A stretch of 64,000 nucleotides of DNA, taken from assembly GCA_964604885.1 (NCBI GenBank), contig CAZSAB010000003.1, positions 28,335 to 92,334 of the forward strand, given 5' to 3'. The notes under the pieces were generated by a model. It ran no database searches. It was not told the origin of the DNA and saw only the letters and a list, made by a program, of their open reading frames with translations. A program made the position numbers and the translations under genes. Shown piece by piece: positions 47,385 through 56,384 of the stretch. Position 1 is the stretch's first letter. Every line of letters begins with the position of its first letter. This stretch comes from an uncultured archaeon. Lineage in GTDB: Archaea > Nanohalarchaeota > Nanosalinia > Nanosalinales > Nanosalinaceae.

Positions 47385-47843
47385 TCAAGAAGAACATTTC
47401 TCAATCGCTTTCAGTGCTGACTGTCTAACATTTTCCGGCATCTCATAATTTTCTGATTCTAACTCCTCTTTGGAAAGCCATTTGATATCTTCGTCGCTGT
47501 ACTCGTAATCATCTTTCTCGCCAACTATCTCGACCAAATATTGGAAGTCGCAGTGCCAGTGACCTCTCTCAATCTCATGCAAGTTAATGTTGAATGGCAT
47601 CGGAAGATCTACTGCCGAAAAACCATCAAAACTTTCCTCTCCATCGATACACTCTACTTTGAGACCAGTCTCTTCTAATGTTTCTCTAATAGCTGTCTCA
47701 TCAGGAGTCTCGCCTGGCTCAACATGTCCGCCGGGCATTAGCCACATATCCAATTTCTTGTGGTTTAGGAAAAGAATTTCTTCATCTTCGACAATGAATG
47801 CTCCAGCGACAAAATCTCGGTCAGCTTCATCAGGAACTCTCAT
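47385..47843 (-). CDS. NUDIX hydrolase
   Basis: GGHVEPGETPDETAIRETLEETG Nudix box. Confidence 0.92.
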   Translation of the reverse strand: MRVPDEADRDFVAGAFIVEDEEILFLNHKKLDMWLMPGGHVEPGETPDETAIRETLEETGLKVECIDGEESFDGFSAVDLPMPFNINLHEIERGHWHCDFQYLVEIVGEKDDYEYSDEDIKWLSKEELESENYEMPENVRQSALKAIEKCSS

Positions 47844-47853
47844 AATTTTAGTT

Positions 47854-48264
47854 TTATCTGCTTAATTCTATTATTTCTTCTGTGATTTTAGCCTCTATTT
47901 TTTGTTGTTGATGTAGGTCTTGGTCATCGCTCCATATTTCATATCCTTTATGCAAGGCTACTGCTAGAAAAGGCACATCCTTGATGTCTTCGTTTCCGAT
48001 CAAATCTTCGGCCTTGTCCAGCTTATCCTCATAGCTTTCGATTGGTAGAATTTCTATTTCGACTAGAACGATGTTTAGAAGTGTTTCAACTTCACTTTCC
48101 TTTAAATTGAATTTCTCTTTGATTAGGTCTTCGTATTTTTCTATTTCGGTTCTTAGAAACTCTGGTGCGTAGAATCTGTGGTTGGAGTCTAGGATTATTT
48201 TTCTGGTCAAGCTGTCTCTGATCAGTGCTGAGATAATTATGTTGCTGTCAACTACGAGTTCCAT
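47854..48264 (-). CDS. PIN-domain toxin (VapC-like)
   Basis: VVDSNIIISAL, DIKDVPFLAVAL and IWSDD. Confidence 0.88.
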   Translation of the reverse strand: MELVVDSNIIISALIRDSLTRKIILDSNHRFYAPEFLRTEIEKYEDLIKEKFNLKESEVETLLNIVLVEIEILPIESYEDKLDKAEDLIGNEDIKDVPFLAVALHKGYEIWSDDQDLHQQQKIEAKITEEIIELSR

Positions 48265-48267
48265 TAG

Positions 48268-48489
48268 TTATAGACCGTGTTTTTCGGCTATTCCTTCCTT
48301 GACTTTTTCTCCAATCTCTTGTACATCATCTTCCGTCAATTCACTCTCTGAAGATATGGAGTCGGCTAGTTCAAGTTTCTTAATTTCCTCTCTGAAAGCC
48401 TCTCTAGCTATTTCGCTCCAGTTAATTTTTCCATGCTTTTCCATCGATTTCTTTAACTCGTCTGGGACTCTGACTGAAACCTTAGACAT
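48268..48489 (-). CDS. Ribbon-helix-helix antitoxin (VapB-like)
   Basis: SVRVPDELKKSM...INWSEIAREA; lies directly upstream of the PIN gene. Confidence 0.82.
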   Translation of the reverse strand: MSKVSVRVPDELKKSMEKHGKINWSEIAREAFREEIKKLELADSISSESELTEDDVQEIGEKVKEGIAEKHGL

Positions 48490-48571
48490 AGTATATACAT
48501 GTATGGACATAAATTTAAATCTTGTTTATTTTGGTGTTAGGTCTATTAGATTGTTTTTCGTAAATTGGGTT

Positions 48572-49543
48572 ATGGTGGGTAAAGGCGCAGTTGAAGAAGC
48601 AGTTCGTTGTTTTGATTCTAGTCTCAGAATTGTGGAGATATCCGATATTTCGGGTCATAACAGGGAGACATTTGATGTTGAACTTTCTTCTGGAGAGCAC
48701 CTGATTTGCTGTTTTAACGAAGATAAGCCGGAATGGTTTAAGCTAGAAGAAGAATTGATTGAACAGGTAGATAATAAGACGGATATACCTACTCAGAATA
48801 TAATTTATTCATACTTTTCGAAGGAAGAGGTTCCTAAGCTTTTTCATATTGACGAGAAAATTGAAGGTTCTAAATCTGAAGAGAAATACGATGACCTTTC
48901 AATAGATCAAAAAGAGGAAATTGTTCGTCAAATCGGCCGATACCTGGCTCAGATACATAAAAATATTCAATTTGAGTCTTTCGGCAGACTTAGATACAAC
49001 AGAGAGTCTATAGAGATCGAAGAGTACAGTTGGAAGGAAATAGTTCAGGAGATTGCTGAGGATTATATAACCGAGATGAAGGATACCCGTTTTGAAGATT
49101 TACAGCAAGAGTTTAGAGATTATGTTCAGAAGAACTTGCATTTACTTGATGAGTCCAATCCTGTGCTTGTCCACTACGATGTTGCCGTAGATAACATTAT
49201 CAGACAAGGAACAGAGGCGAAGGCAGTTCTTGACTGGGAGAGAGCCTTTGCTGGTCGGCCAGAATGGGATCTATCTCATTCAGAAGTCAGGTTTATACTC
49301 CAGTTTGTTGAAGATCAAGAGAAAGTTGAAAGACTGAAAAATGCGTTTTATGACTCCTATCAAGAAGTCAGATCTTTGGAAAAGGGCTGGAAAACACGAA
49401 AAGAATACTATGGAATGATCCAGCTTTTCCACTGCATGAAATACTTTGAAAACTGGACCGAAAGACAGAACTACTCAAGTAAAGAAAAAAGAGAAGAGGA
49501 ACAAGGGCACAGAGTATATTATAAGAAATTAACAAAAAGCTAA
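48572..49543 (+). CDS. Aminoglycoside phosphotransferase / choline kinase-like protein
   Basis: YLAQIH, LVHYDVAVDNII and AVLDWE...PEWDL; the 5' extension of the track ORF overlaps the TA pair. Confidence 0.85.
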   Translation: MVGKGAVEEAVRCFDSSLRIVEISDISGHNRETFDVELSSGEHLICCFNEDKPEWFKLEEELIEQVDNKTDIPTQNIIYSYFSKEEVPKLFHIDEKIEGSKSEEKYDDLSIDQKEEIVRQIGRYLAQIHKNIQFESFGRLRYNRESIEIEEYSWKEIVQEIAEDYITEMKDTRFEDLQQEFRDYVQKNLHLLDESNPVLVHYDVAVDNIIRQGTEAKAVLDWERAFAGRPEWDLSHSEVRFILQFVEDQEKVERLKNAFYDSYQEVRSLEKGWKTRKEYYGMIQLFHCMKYFENWTERQNYSSKEKREEEQGHRVYYKKLTKS

Positions 49544-49544
49544 A

Positions 49545-50186
49545 CTATTGATTGGAGACAATAATGGTTCCTTCAGTATCTTCAGGGTTTTCCAGGTTCT
49601 CAATTGTTCCTTCCATGACTTTGGTTGAAATATTCGACCTTTTAATAATATTTAGGGCAGTCTTATCAATCAATTCGTAGCTTCCTGCCTCGCTGCTGTT
49701 GCCGCTGACGATTTCTCTTAGTTCCGGGATTGAGACTTCGTCCAGTTTTTCTGCTTCTTCCTTTGAAGGGTCTTCGGTGTATACTCCGTCGATGTTTGTT
49801 ACTATGTATAGTTCTGCGTTTAGTAGTTCTGCTGTGATTGCTGCTACTGCGTCTGTTGAGAATCCTGGGTTGATTCCTCCCATGACTAGGTCTTGTCCGG
49901 TCTGTTTTATTTCTTTGATTTTTTCGGTGGTTTCTGGTATTTTTGGGTGAGCTTCCATCTGCGTGGCCAGTGTCTTGGCGTTCAGCCTTGTTGCCTGGAT
50001 GCCTATCAGGTCCTTGTCGCCTTCTGATGCTTCGACTGCGTTTATGTTTTCTTTGAGTTTTCCTGCGCCGACCACTACCGCTACAGGAGAATGATTCTGT
50101 AGTGCTTCCGCTATTTCAGGTGTTTTTTCTAGGTTGGCTGTGTATATTGAGCCGCCGACTGCGAAAACCTTATCGTAATTTTTCAT
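49545..50186 (-). CDS. pyrH: UMP kinase
   Basis: AVGGS, VVVGAG, GIQATRLNA, PGFSTDAVAA and TNIDGVYTEDP. Confidence 0.93.
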   Translation of the reverse strand: MKNYDKVFAVGGSIYTANLEKTPEIAEALQNHSPVAVVVGAGKLKENINAVEASEGDKDLIGIQATRLNAKTLATQMEAHPKIPETTEKIKEIKQTGQDLVMGGINPGFSTDAVAAITAELLNAELYIVTNIDGVYTEDPSKEEAEKLDEVSIPELREIVSGNSSEAGSYELIDKTALNIIKRSNISTKVMEGTIENLENPEDTEGTIIVSNQ

Positions 50187-50192
50187 GTGTTT

Positions 50193-50879
50193 TCAGCTTA
50201 GTTGTTCTGCGTTTCCCCGGTTTACGAGGATTTCTGCGTTGTCTTCAGGTATTTCAGCTTCTTCTCCTTCTTCGAATGGCCCGTATGCTTCCAGATCTGT
50301 ACCCATGAACTCCGGTACTTCTGAGGTGATTTCCACTACTTCATATCCTTCTTCAGGATTGTACTTATCTTCTGCTTCTTGATCTTCTTTCTCATCAGTG
50401 CTTTCTTCATCTATTTCTTCGGTTTTAGCGTCATTTGCTGAAACTTCCTCTACTGTTGCTTCTTCTCTTCTTTTTTCTGCTGACTCCTGTATTCCTGGCT
50501 CTGTGTTGTCTGTTTCGATTGCTTGGCCTTCAGTTACTTCTTCTACTCTGTCTCTGTGCTGGTTAAATTGTTTCTTCATGTCTCTGAAAAGCTCTTCTTC
50601 ACGTGGCAGCATGTTGAGTTCGGAGGGCCGTATGTCGGACTTCAGGCTGAGACGGGAGTTCTTCACTATCTTGTCTTCTCTGAGGCTGAGTATTTTTCTG
50701 AATATTCTTTTTGCGTTCTTGTATTCTCTGCTGTTTTGGTCAACTTCTTTTTTTCTTTCTAGGTAGTCTCTGACCTTTAGGAAGAAATTCTGGTCTATTT
50801 CTGATAGTTCTTCTTGTCTTCTCTCTGTCTTTTGGATTTTTCTCAGTTTTGAGAACGTCAGTGCTTCTTCGTCACTCAT
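50193..50879 (-). CDS. GINS complex protein (Gins51/Gins15 type)
   Basis: N-terminal helical domain (ERRQEELSEIDQNFF); C-terminal PEFMGTDLEAYGPF...NAEILVNRG. Confidence 0.85.
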   Translation of the reverse strand: MSDEEALTFSKLRKIQKTERRQEELSEIDQNFFLKVRDYLERKKEVDQNSREYKNAKRIFRKILSLREDKIVKNSRLSLKSDIRPSELNMLPREEELFRDMKKQFNQHRDRVEEVTEGQAIETDNTEPGIQESAEKRREEATVEEVSANDAKTEEIDEESTDEKEDQEAEDKYNPEEGYEVVEITSEVPEFMGTDLEAYGPFEEGEEAEIPEDNAEILVNRGNAEQLS

Positions 50880-50920
50880 CTACCTGTGTTTTTCCAAAGA
50901 AATCTTTTATTCTATCAAGT

Positions 50921-52306
50921 TCAACTTATTTTCTTCACGTTGCCACCGCCGTCGCATTCTTGGACGTGCTGCTTGTAGTAGTGCTCGCTCTTGTAATCCT
51001 TCCCACAGTAAGGACAAACCATTTCATCCTTATCCTCGGTTTCTTCAGAACTATCTCCGGTTCTATTAGCTTTCCTAAACGCATAGCTTACAGGGTTGGG
51101 AACCTGTTCTTCTAGATTATCTTCTTCATACACCTGCATATCTTTATAGTATCCGTTTGCATCGTAGTTTGGAGGAGGAACGTCTTCGTCCCTGTTTTCA
51201 TGCCAGCGAAGCTGAGATTTGACATAAGCCTCCCGTAGCGGCTCTTTGTTTTCATCGTTCCATGCCCAGACCTTCGACCTGATCTCCTCCCAGGAATAAC
51301 CTAGGCACCTGAGGAAGTTGATCAGAATAAATAACCCGCGTTTACGGCCGTCTTCAAGCCCTTCAAGAATATTATTTATAGTAGGAGGGAAGTACTTCTC
51401 CGGTATCGCATCTTCTGGTCTCTCAAAATCCCTGTCTTTCTCGATTCGTTCCTCCTTTTTTTCTTTCCTCCTAGACTCAATGAAGTCCATGGCCTGAATC
51501 GCCAGATTAGCTGCTTCACCTTCCTCATACTCTTTCAGAAAACTCTCCTCAAAACTAATTTCATCCATTTCTGCCTCAACCTTCTCAAACTCCTTGATCC
51601 TTTCTGGCTTGATAGGTTTGGAAACCAGCCACGAACCATCGTGAAGGCTGTAAGGCATCCTGAAAAGATGTCTCTGACCCCAGTCATTCTCCAGGTCAGC
51701 GACTTGGTAAGGGTCCTTACCTTCCTCGGTACTCATCTCCTCTTCAAAGCCGTACTCCTCCACTTTTCGAATTAAATCGTCTTTCAAGTTGTCTCGAATA
51801 TAGTCGACGATCCCTCTTCCTAGATTAGGGTATAACTGGGAGAAATCTTCTCCCCCAATTTCATCTGGAAATGCTTCACCTCTCACACCTATGTGAAATC
51901 CTCTGTTTCCCGAAAACTTCACACTAATATAATCTATTCCATGCTGACGCAACTCTTCAACAACTAGGACAGCAGCTTCCTTTGAAAGCTCGAAACTCTC
52001 GTCACAGTCGATGTCAATTACTAGGTCCCAGTTTTCCCTCAAATCATCTAAGTCAGAAACATTATCAATTAACAAAGGGTTCCTCCACCGCTCAACCGAG
52101 GAGTGAAAAGCCACAGCACCATTATTAACAAAATCTAGGAAATCGCCGGGAAAGTTTATGGCATCCGGCCTTTTGCCGTATCCATTCGGGTAAGTAGGGG
52201 CTACTTCACGGTACTCAGCGGTTTCAACGAAAATCTGGACTATTTCATCCTGTTCGTAATACTGTCGGATTTTCCAGTCCTGTGGTTTGTCACCCATCTC
52301 CCCCAT
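50921..52306 (-). CDS. priS: Fused DNA primase (PriS catalytic domain + PriL-CTD-like domain + C-terminal CxxC/His zinc finger)
   Basis: WDLVIDID, SGNRGFH and RMPYSLH; then FPPT...GRKR...PPNY; terminal CPYC...H...H/C. Confidence 0.9.
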   Translation of the reverse strand: MGEMGDKPQDWKIRQYYEQDEIVQIFVETAEYREVAPTYPNGYGKRPDAINFPGDFLDFVNNGAVAFHSSVERWRNPLLIDNVSDLDDLRENWDLVIDIDCDESFELSKEAAVLVVEELRQHGIDYISVKFSGNRGFHIGVRGEAFPDEIGGEDFSQLYPNLGRGIVDYIRDNLKDDLIRKVEEYGFEEEMSTEEGKDPYQVADLENDWGQRHLFRMPYSLHDGSWLVSKPIKPERIKEFEKVEAEMDEISFEESFLKEYEEGEAANLAIQAMDFIESRRKEKKEERIEKDRDFERPEDAIPEKYFPPTINNILEGLEDGRKRGLFILINFLRCLGYSWEEIRSKVWAWNDENKEPLREAYVKSQLRWHENRDEDVPPPNYDANGYYKDMQVYEEDNLEEQVPNPVSYAFRKANRTGDSSEETEDKDEMVCPYCGKDYKSEHYYKQHVQECDGGGNVKKIS

Positions 52307-52337
52307 ACATGGAATTGGCTTGGAAACTCCTATATTG

Positions 52338-52754
52338 TTAGTCCCTGTCCAGGTAGTTCTTGATGAAGTCTCTGGTGCTATCGTTCAATTCAAGCGTTTT
52401 AAGGGCTTCTTCAGGTTCAATCCATTTGTACTCTTTCGCCTCCCTCTGATCAAGCTCAACCTCTCCACTAGATTTTCTGCACACAAAATTCAGGAAGATA
52501 AAGTGAGTATCTCTTTTGAAGTCATCAGGATTGCCACCATCTTTAGTATTCAGAAACCATATGTCAGTTACCTCTAGATTAGTTTCTTCCTTGATTTCCT
52601 TCCTGACAGTCGCTTTCATTGAGTCTCCTTTCTCAAGTTTACCACCGGGAACCAGACATTGATTATCCCACTTCGGAGACTTCATCAGGAAATTTTCATT
52701 ATCTTCGTTTAGAATTAATGCGCCAGTAGCCGGAACTGCATATTCTTCAGACAT
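52338..52754 (-). CDS. NUDIX hydrolase
   Basis: PGGKLEKGDSMKATVRKEIKEETNL. Confidence 0.9.
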   Translation of the reverse strand: MSEEYAVPATGALILNEDNENFLMKSPKWDNQCLVPGGKLEKGDSMKATVRKEIKEETNLEVTDIWFLNTKDGGNPDDFKRDTHFIFLNFVCRKSSGEVELDQREAKEYKWIEPEEALKTLELNDSTRDFIKNYLDRD

Positions 52755-52825
52755 AGAAACATTTCAAAAAGGAATTCTCAAATCACTTTTGGATTAGAAA
52801 TGTGGAAAAGTTAAGAAGATGAAAT

Positions 52826-53590
52826 TTAGTCTTCTTCGATTCTTGGCGCTAGTACGAAGTTGAGTTCTGCTTGGTCTGGTTGTTCGAATTCGAGTCGCAT
52901 TGGGAAGTCCTTTCCTAGTTTTACTGTTACTGTGTCTGCTAGTTTTTTGGCTCCGATCATCTTGGAGAGGTAGTCCAATGAGAACATTGATTTGGCGTCG
53001 CTTCCGTTCATTTCGTGGACTCCTTCTGCTCCGCTTTCTACTGTGAAGTCGACTCCTGATTGGTCTCCTTCAGCGGATATTCCTAAAGAGTTGCCGTCGG
53101 CTGTTATTGTGACTGCGTCGCTTACTACCATTGCGTCTTTTATGGCTCCTTCTAGTACGGAGGTGTCTAGGTCTGCGTTGAATGTGAATTGGTCTAGGTC
53201 TCCGACTGAAGGAATATCATCCTCGGACAAATTGAGAATTGGTAGTGAGAAGTCTCTTGTTGAGTAGTTGACCATTTCGATTTTGAATTTTGAGGTGTCT
53301 TCGTCGACGCTTAGTGTTATTGTGTCGCCGCTGTTGGCTCTTCTTAGGATTGAGTATAGGTTTTCGATGTTTAGCCCTACTTTGGTTTCATCATCGATTT
53401 CGAATGTTTCGAATACTTCTTCTTTGAGTGTGAAGTCGACTAGTCCGACCATTGCGGGGTCCGCTGCTACGAGCTGGATTCCGTCTTCTGTTAGCTGGAG
53501 TAGTCCCTCGCTGATGAGGTCGCTGATGGTTTTCATTGAGTCTTTGAGAAGGCCGACTTCTTCTATTTCTGCTTTAAACATTTTGACCAC
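52826..53590 (-). CDS. pcn: DNA polymerase sliding clamp PCNA
   Basis: AADPAMVGLV, SMFSLDYL, LGKDFPM and FVLAPRIEE. Confidence 0.97.
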   Translation of the reverse strand: MVKMFKAEIEEVGLLKDSMKTISDLISEGLLQLTEDGIQLVAADPAMVGLVDFTLKEEVFETFEIDDETKVGLNIENLYSILRRANSGDTITLSVDEDTSKFKIEMVNYSTRDFSLPILNLSEDDIPSVGDLDQFTFNADLDTSVLEGAIKDAMVVSDAVTITADGNSLGISAEGDQSGVDFTVESGAEGVHEMNGSDAKSMFSLDYLSKMIGAKKLADTVTVKLGKDFPMRLEFEQPDQAELNFVLAPRIEED

Positions 53591-53595
53591 TTATG

Positions 53596-53925
53596 TTACT
53601 GAGTAGTGTTAACTACTTTTTTAACTCTGTCGTGAAGCTCCTGATCAACACCGGAGAAGTCCTGTACGATCTCTCCCTGGATCTCAAAGCTGTCAGGTGT
53701 TGGTAGTACTCTCCCGAGGACTCGGATTCTCTGGCTTTCCTCTATCTCGTCCATGTTTTCTTCCTCTAAGAATACTTCGACTGTACCTGATCCGTCGTCT
53801 AGGCTGACTGAGTCTTGTTCGATTGATAGTATTGTTCCTGTGATTCTTACTCTGATGTCGCTTTGAGGGTCGATCTCCTTAATCTTTTTCGGCCTTGCAG
53901 GGGCTCTTCGTTGATCTTCTGGCAT
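53596..53925 (-). CDS. Small OB-fold protein, RPA subunit-like
   Basis: RVRITGTI...LDDGSGTVEV...RVLGRV single OB fold. Confidence 0.7.
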   Translation of the reverse strand: MPEDQRRAPARPKKIKEIDPQSDIRVRITGTILSIEQDSVSLDDGSGTVEVFLEEENMDEIEESQRIRVLGRVLPTPDSFEIQGEIVQDFSGVDQELHDRVKKVVNTTQ

Positions 53926-53972
53926 AGAAAATAATTATGTCTATAATGTTTTAACTTCAATGTAAATTTTCC

Positions 53973-54317
53973 TCATACAATCAGGAATGCCGCATAGAGC
54001 ACCGAGGCTATGATGACTATGACAGCGAATAATACGGCGAAGCGTGGTGTAGCTTCTACATCGATCCTATTATATTTTTCTCTAGGTTCGAAATCGATCT
54101 CCTCTGAGCCTTCTTCAGAATCTTCTTCAGGGTCTACAGAAGGCATTAATCCGGAGTATTCACATTCTCTGCAGTACCATTCATTAGGGTTTCCGCCAAA
54201 AGTCGCTGTAGCCCATCTGTTGGAGGTATCAGGTTCTACATGAGTTGAACCACAGTTAGGGCAGAATTTCTCCTCCATATCCCGGACTGTAGACTGATGA
54301 CAATTAAAGGTTGCCAA
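53973..54317 (-). CDS. Zinc-ribbon membrane protein
   Basis: CPNCGS and CRECEY with a C-terminal TM; likely start at MEEKF. Confidence 0.65.
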   Translation of the reverse strand: MATFNCHQSTVRDMEEKFCPNCGSTHVEPDTSNRWATATFGGNPNEWYCRECEYSGLMPSVDPEEDSEEGSEEIDFEPREKYNRIDVEATPRFAVLFAVIVIIASVLYAAFLIV

Positions 54318-54896
54318 GGTTTGAAGTACCGGTTCCTCAATATAAACTATATGGACTTTTTCGGAAAGGAGGGTGAAAAAGCGGCGGAAGCAGTTCAGAA
54401 TCTTTCAAACAGGATGGAAGACATGGAATCACATATTGCTGCTGTTGATAACGCTGTACAGGATTTACGGCAGGAGTCTCGAGAGACAGATATTCAGGTT
54501 GCTGAAGAGAACAGGGAGAGATTGAAGGATCTTGAACAATTGATGATGAAGCTTACAGAGGTTCAGAAGAAGAAATTGAAGGACATAGAAGCTGAGGAAA
54601 GCAGAGAAGTAAGGTTAAGAGACAAAGTTGACGCTCTCGATCAGAGGCTGAAGAGAACGCGTGAAGAGCAGAAAATGCTTCAGGAACAGATCGATGAAGT
54701 AGAGGAAAAACTTTTCGATGTCGAGGACGAGCTGACGTCAGGGACGGAGCTGAATAAGAGTAAGATTCATTCACGAGTTACTGAAGAGCATTTTGAGAGA
54801 GATATGGGCGATGTTAAAGAGGAGGTCTCCAAGTTGAAGACTTCTTTGAATGCCATTGCAGATGAACTGGACGATGACAGGATAAAAGTTGAATGA
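54297..54896 (+). CDS. Hypothetical coiled-coil protein
   Basis: Heptad-rich acidic sequence; likely start at MDFFG. Confidence 0.65.
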   Translation: MTIKGCQGLKYRFLNINYMDFFGKEGEKAAEAVQNLSNRMEDMESHIAAVDNAVQDLRQESRETDIQVAEENRERLKDLEQLMMKLTEVQKKKLKDIEAEESREVRLRDKVDALDQRLKRTREEQKMLQEQIDEVEEKLFDVEDELTSGTELNKSKIHSRVTEEHFERDMGDVKEEVSKLKTSLNAIADELDDDRIKVE

Positions 54897-54900
54897 TAAT

Positions 54901-55233
54901 TTAATCGTATTCTTTGTGGACGTTTCCACAGTCTGTACATCTGTAGAATCTTGTCGGTGGTTCGTCCGATGCTCTTGTCTGTTCCATCCAGAACTCGTGT
55001 TTCATGTTCCCACAATCAGGACACTCCTTCTCAGTAGTTGGATGAGTGCTTTCTTCAGCGCCTTCCTCGTTTACATTTAAGCGGTCCATAGGATCTTCTT
55101 CCTTTTCTTCCGTCACCTTCATGTCCTCTGCTTCCACATCTTGATATTCTCCACAGCTGCGGCACTTCATAACTGATTCTCCATCTTTCTTCTCGGAGAC
55201 AAGCATGCCTCCACATTCATCACAGAACTCCAT
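54901..55233 (-). CDS. tfs: Transcription factor S (TFS)
   Basis: Two zinc ribbons; QTRASDEPPTRFYRC with the DE catalytic hairpin. Confidence 0.93.
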   Translation of the reverse strand: MEFCDECGGMLVSEKKDGESVMKCRSCGEYQDVEAEDMKVTEEKEEDPMDRLNVNEEGAEESTHPTTEKECPDCGNMKHEFWMEQTRASDEPPTRFYRCTDCGNVHKEYD

Positions 55234-55271
55234 GTTTGAGACCCTTTTACATGAAGAGTTAAAAAGGGAAC

Positions 55272-55997
55272 CTACCTACAAGGACGGTAACGATCAATTA
55301 CTAATGGCTTGTCCCCCTGGAAACCAACTAAATCCATGGCCAAGATCTTCACAACTCCCAGTCTAGGTATCTTAAAGGCTGTAGTGCCGTGAATCTGGAA
55401 AGGCCTCACATCTGACTCAAAATCAAGCTGAGCATTATTGGCATCCCCCTTGGTTTGAAGAGAATGCTCACCTTTCTCAATTACTCTGTGGACAACCGGA
55501 ATCGGCATGCTTGAAATCCTCTCTACTTCTATTTCAGTTCCTGAAACAGTAAGTGCATCTCCATCCCGAACCGTCACCTTATCTCCCCCCACTGATAAGA
55601 CCGCAGCGTCATTCCCATTACTCAGATCAGGCTGAACATTCATCAACTCAACTTGGCCAATACCTGTTTCAGCTGATTCGTCATTGATTGGCGAGTTCTT
55701 CTCCAGCGTGTACTCATTGCCTTTCATTGAAAAGTCGATTCTGTCTGGCACACGATAAATAACAACATCATCAACTTCAATATCGCCGTAATCTTGACCG
55801 TTTACGATCAGAATATCTCCTTTATGGTATTCGGGATACATGGAACAGGAAACAACAGACACAACCGGTTTATCAGTGTTGAGAACAGTTCCAGTTGTCG
55901 TGATCGTTCCAAATGCCAGAATCAATGCAAGAGCTAGAAAGTAAAACCATTCAAAGGCCTCATTCTCCCCGTCTCTAATGCTCTTCAGAAAATCCAT
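55272..55997 (-). CDS. sec11: Signal peptidase I (Sec11 type) with internal insertion
   Basis: VVSCSMYP, GDILIV, VVHRV, TKGDAN and IPRLG. Confidence 0.88.
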   Translation of the reverse strand: MDFLKSIRDGENEAFEWFYFLALALILAFGTITTTGTVLNTDKPVVSVVSCSMYPEYHKGDILIVNGQDYGDIEVDDVVIYRVPDRIDFSMKGNEYTLEKNSPINDESAETGIGQVELMNVQPDLSNGNDAAVLSVGGDKVTVRDGDALTVSGTEIEVERISSMPIPVVHRVIEKGEHSLQTKGDANNAQLDFESDVRPFQIHGTTAFKIPRLGVVKILAMDLVGFQGDKPLVIDRYRPCR

Positions 55998-56139
55998 AAC
56001 TTGACTTCATCGCCCACAATTTAAAGCTCTCCCCCAATGTCGCCAACCGTGTAAACTCAGTAATCCGTCAATTGGCTAAATTATAATCTCTGAGGAACCT
56101 GATGAAATCTGTTACCTCAGAGAATTATTAGAGAAAAAT

Positions 56140-56382
56140 TTAGACTTGATCTTCCAGGTCGTCCATCCACTCTCTGGCGGTCTCGATAGCATCTTCTAGA
56201 GTATCTTCAGGATTCTCCCCTTTTATAATCAGGTTGGATTCGTCGCCTAACGGGTGGCCTTTGTCGTAGCCGGCTTCTCCGTCGTTAGCCCAGATCGCCT
56301 TCCGGATTAGGTTGGCAAGTGTGTGGTTTTGATTCATGTCGACTATAAGCCGGTCATCCTTTTCTACAGTTTCAAGCTCCAT
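56140..56382 (-). CDS. rpoL: RNA polymerase subunit Rpo11 (RpoL)
   Basis: NHTLANLIR...AGYDKGHPL. Confidence 0.9.
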   Translation of the reverse strand: MELETVEKDDRLIVDMNQNHTLANLIRKAIWANDGEAGYDKGHPLGDESNLIIKGENPEDTLEDAIETAREWMDDLEDQV

Positions 56383-56384
56383 AA

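Noticed and set aside
48182-48571. 5' extension of the 453-aa track ORF
   Set aside because: Overlaps the PIN/RHH pair on the opposite strand; the kinase-like sequence starts near ATG 48572.
56099-56110. CTGATGA...GAAA as a hammerhead ribozyme core
   Set aside because: No stem II between the motifs and no three-way junction.
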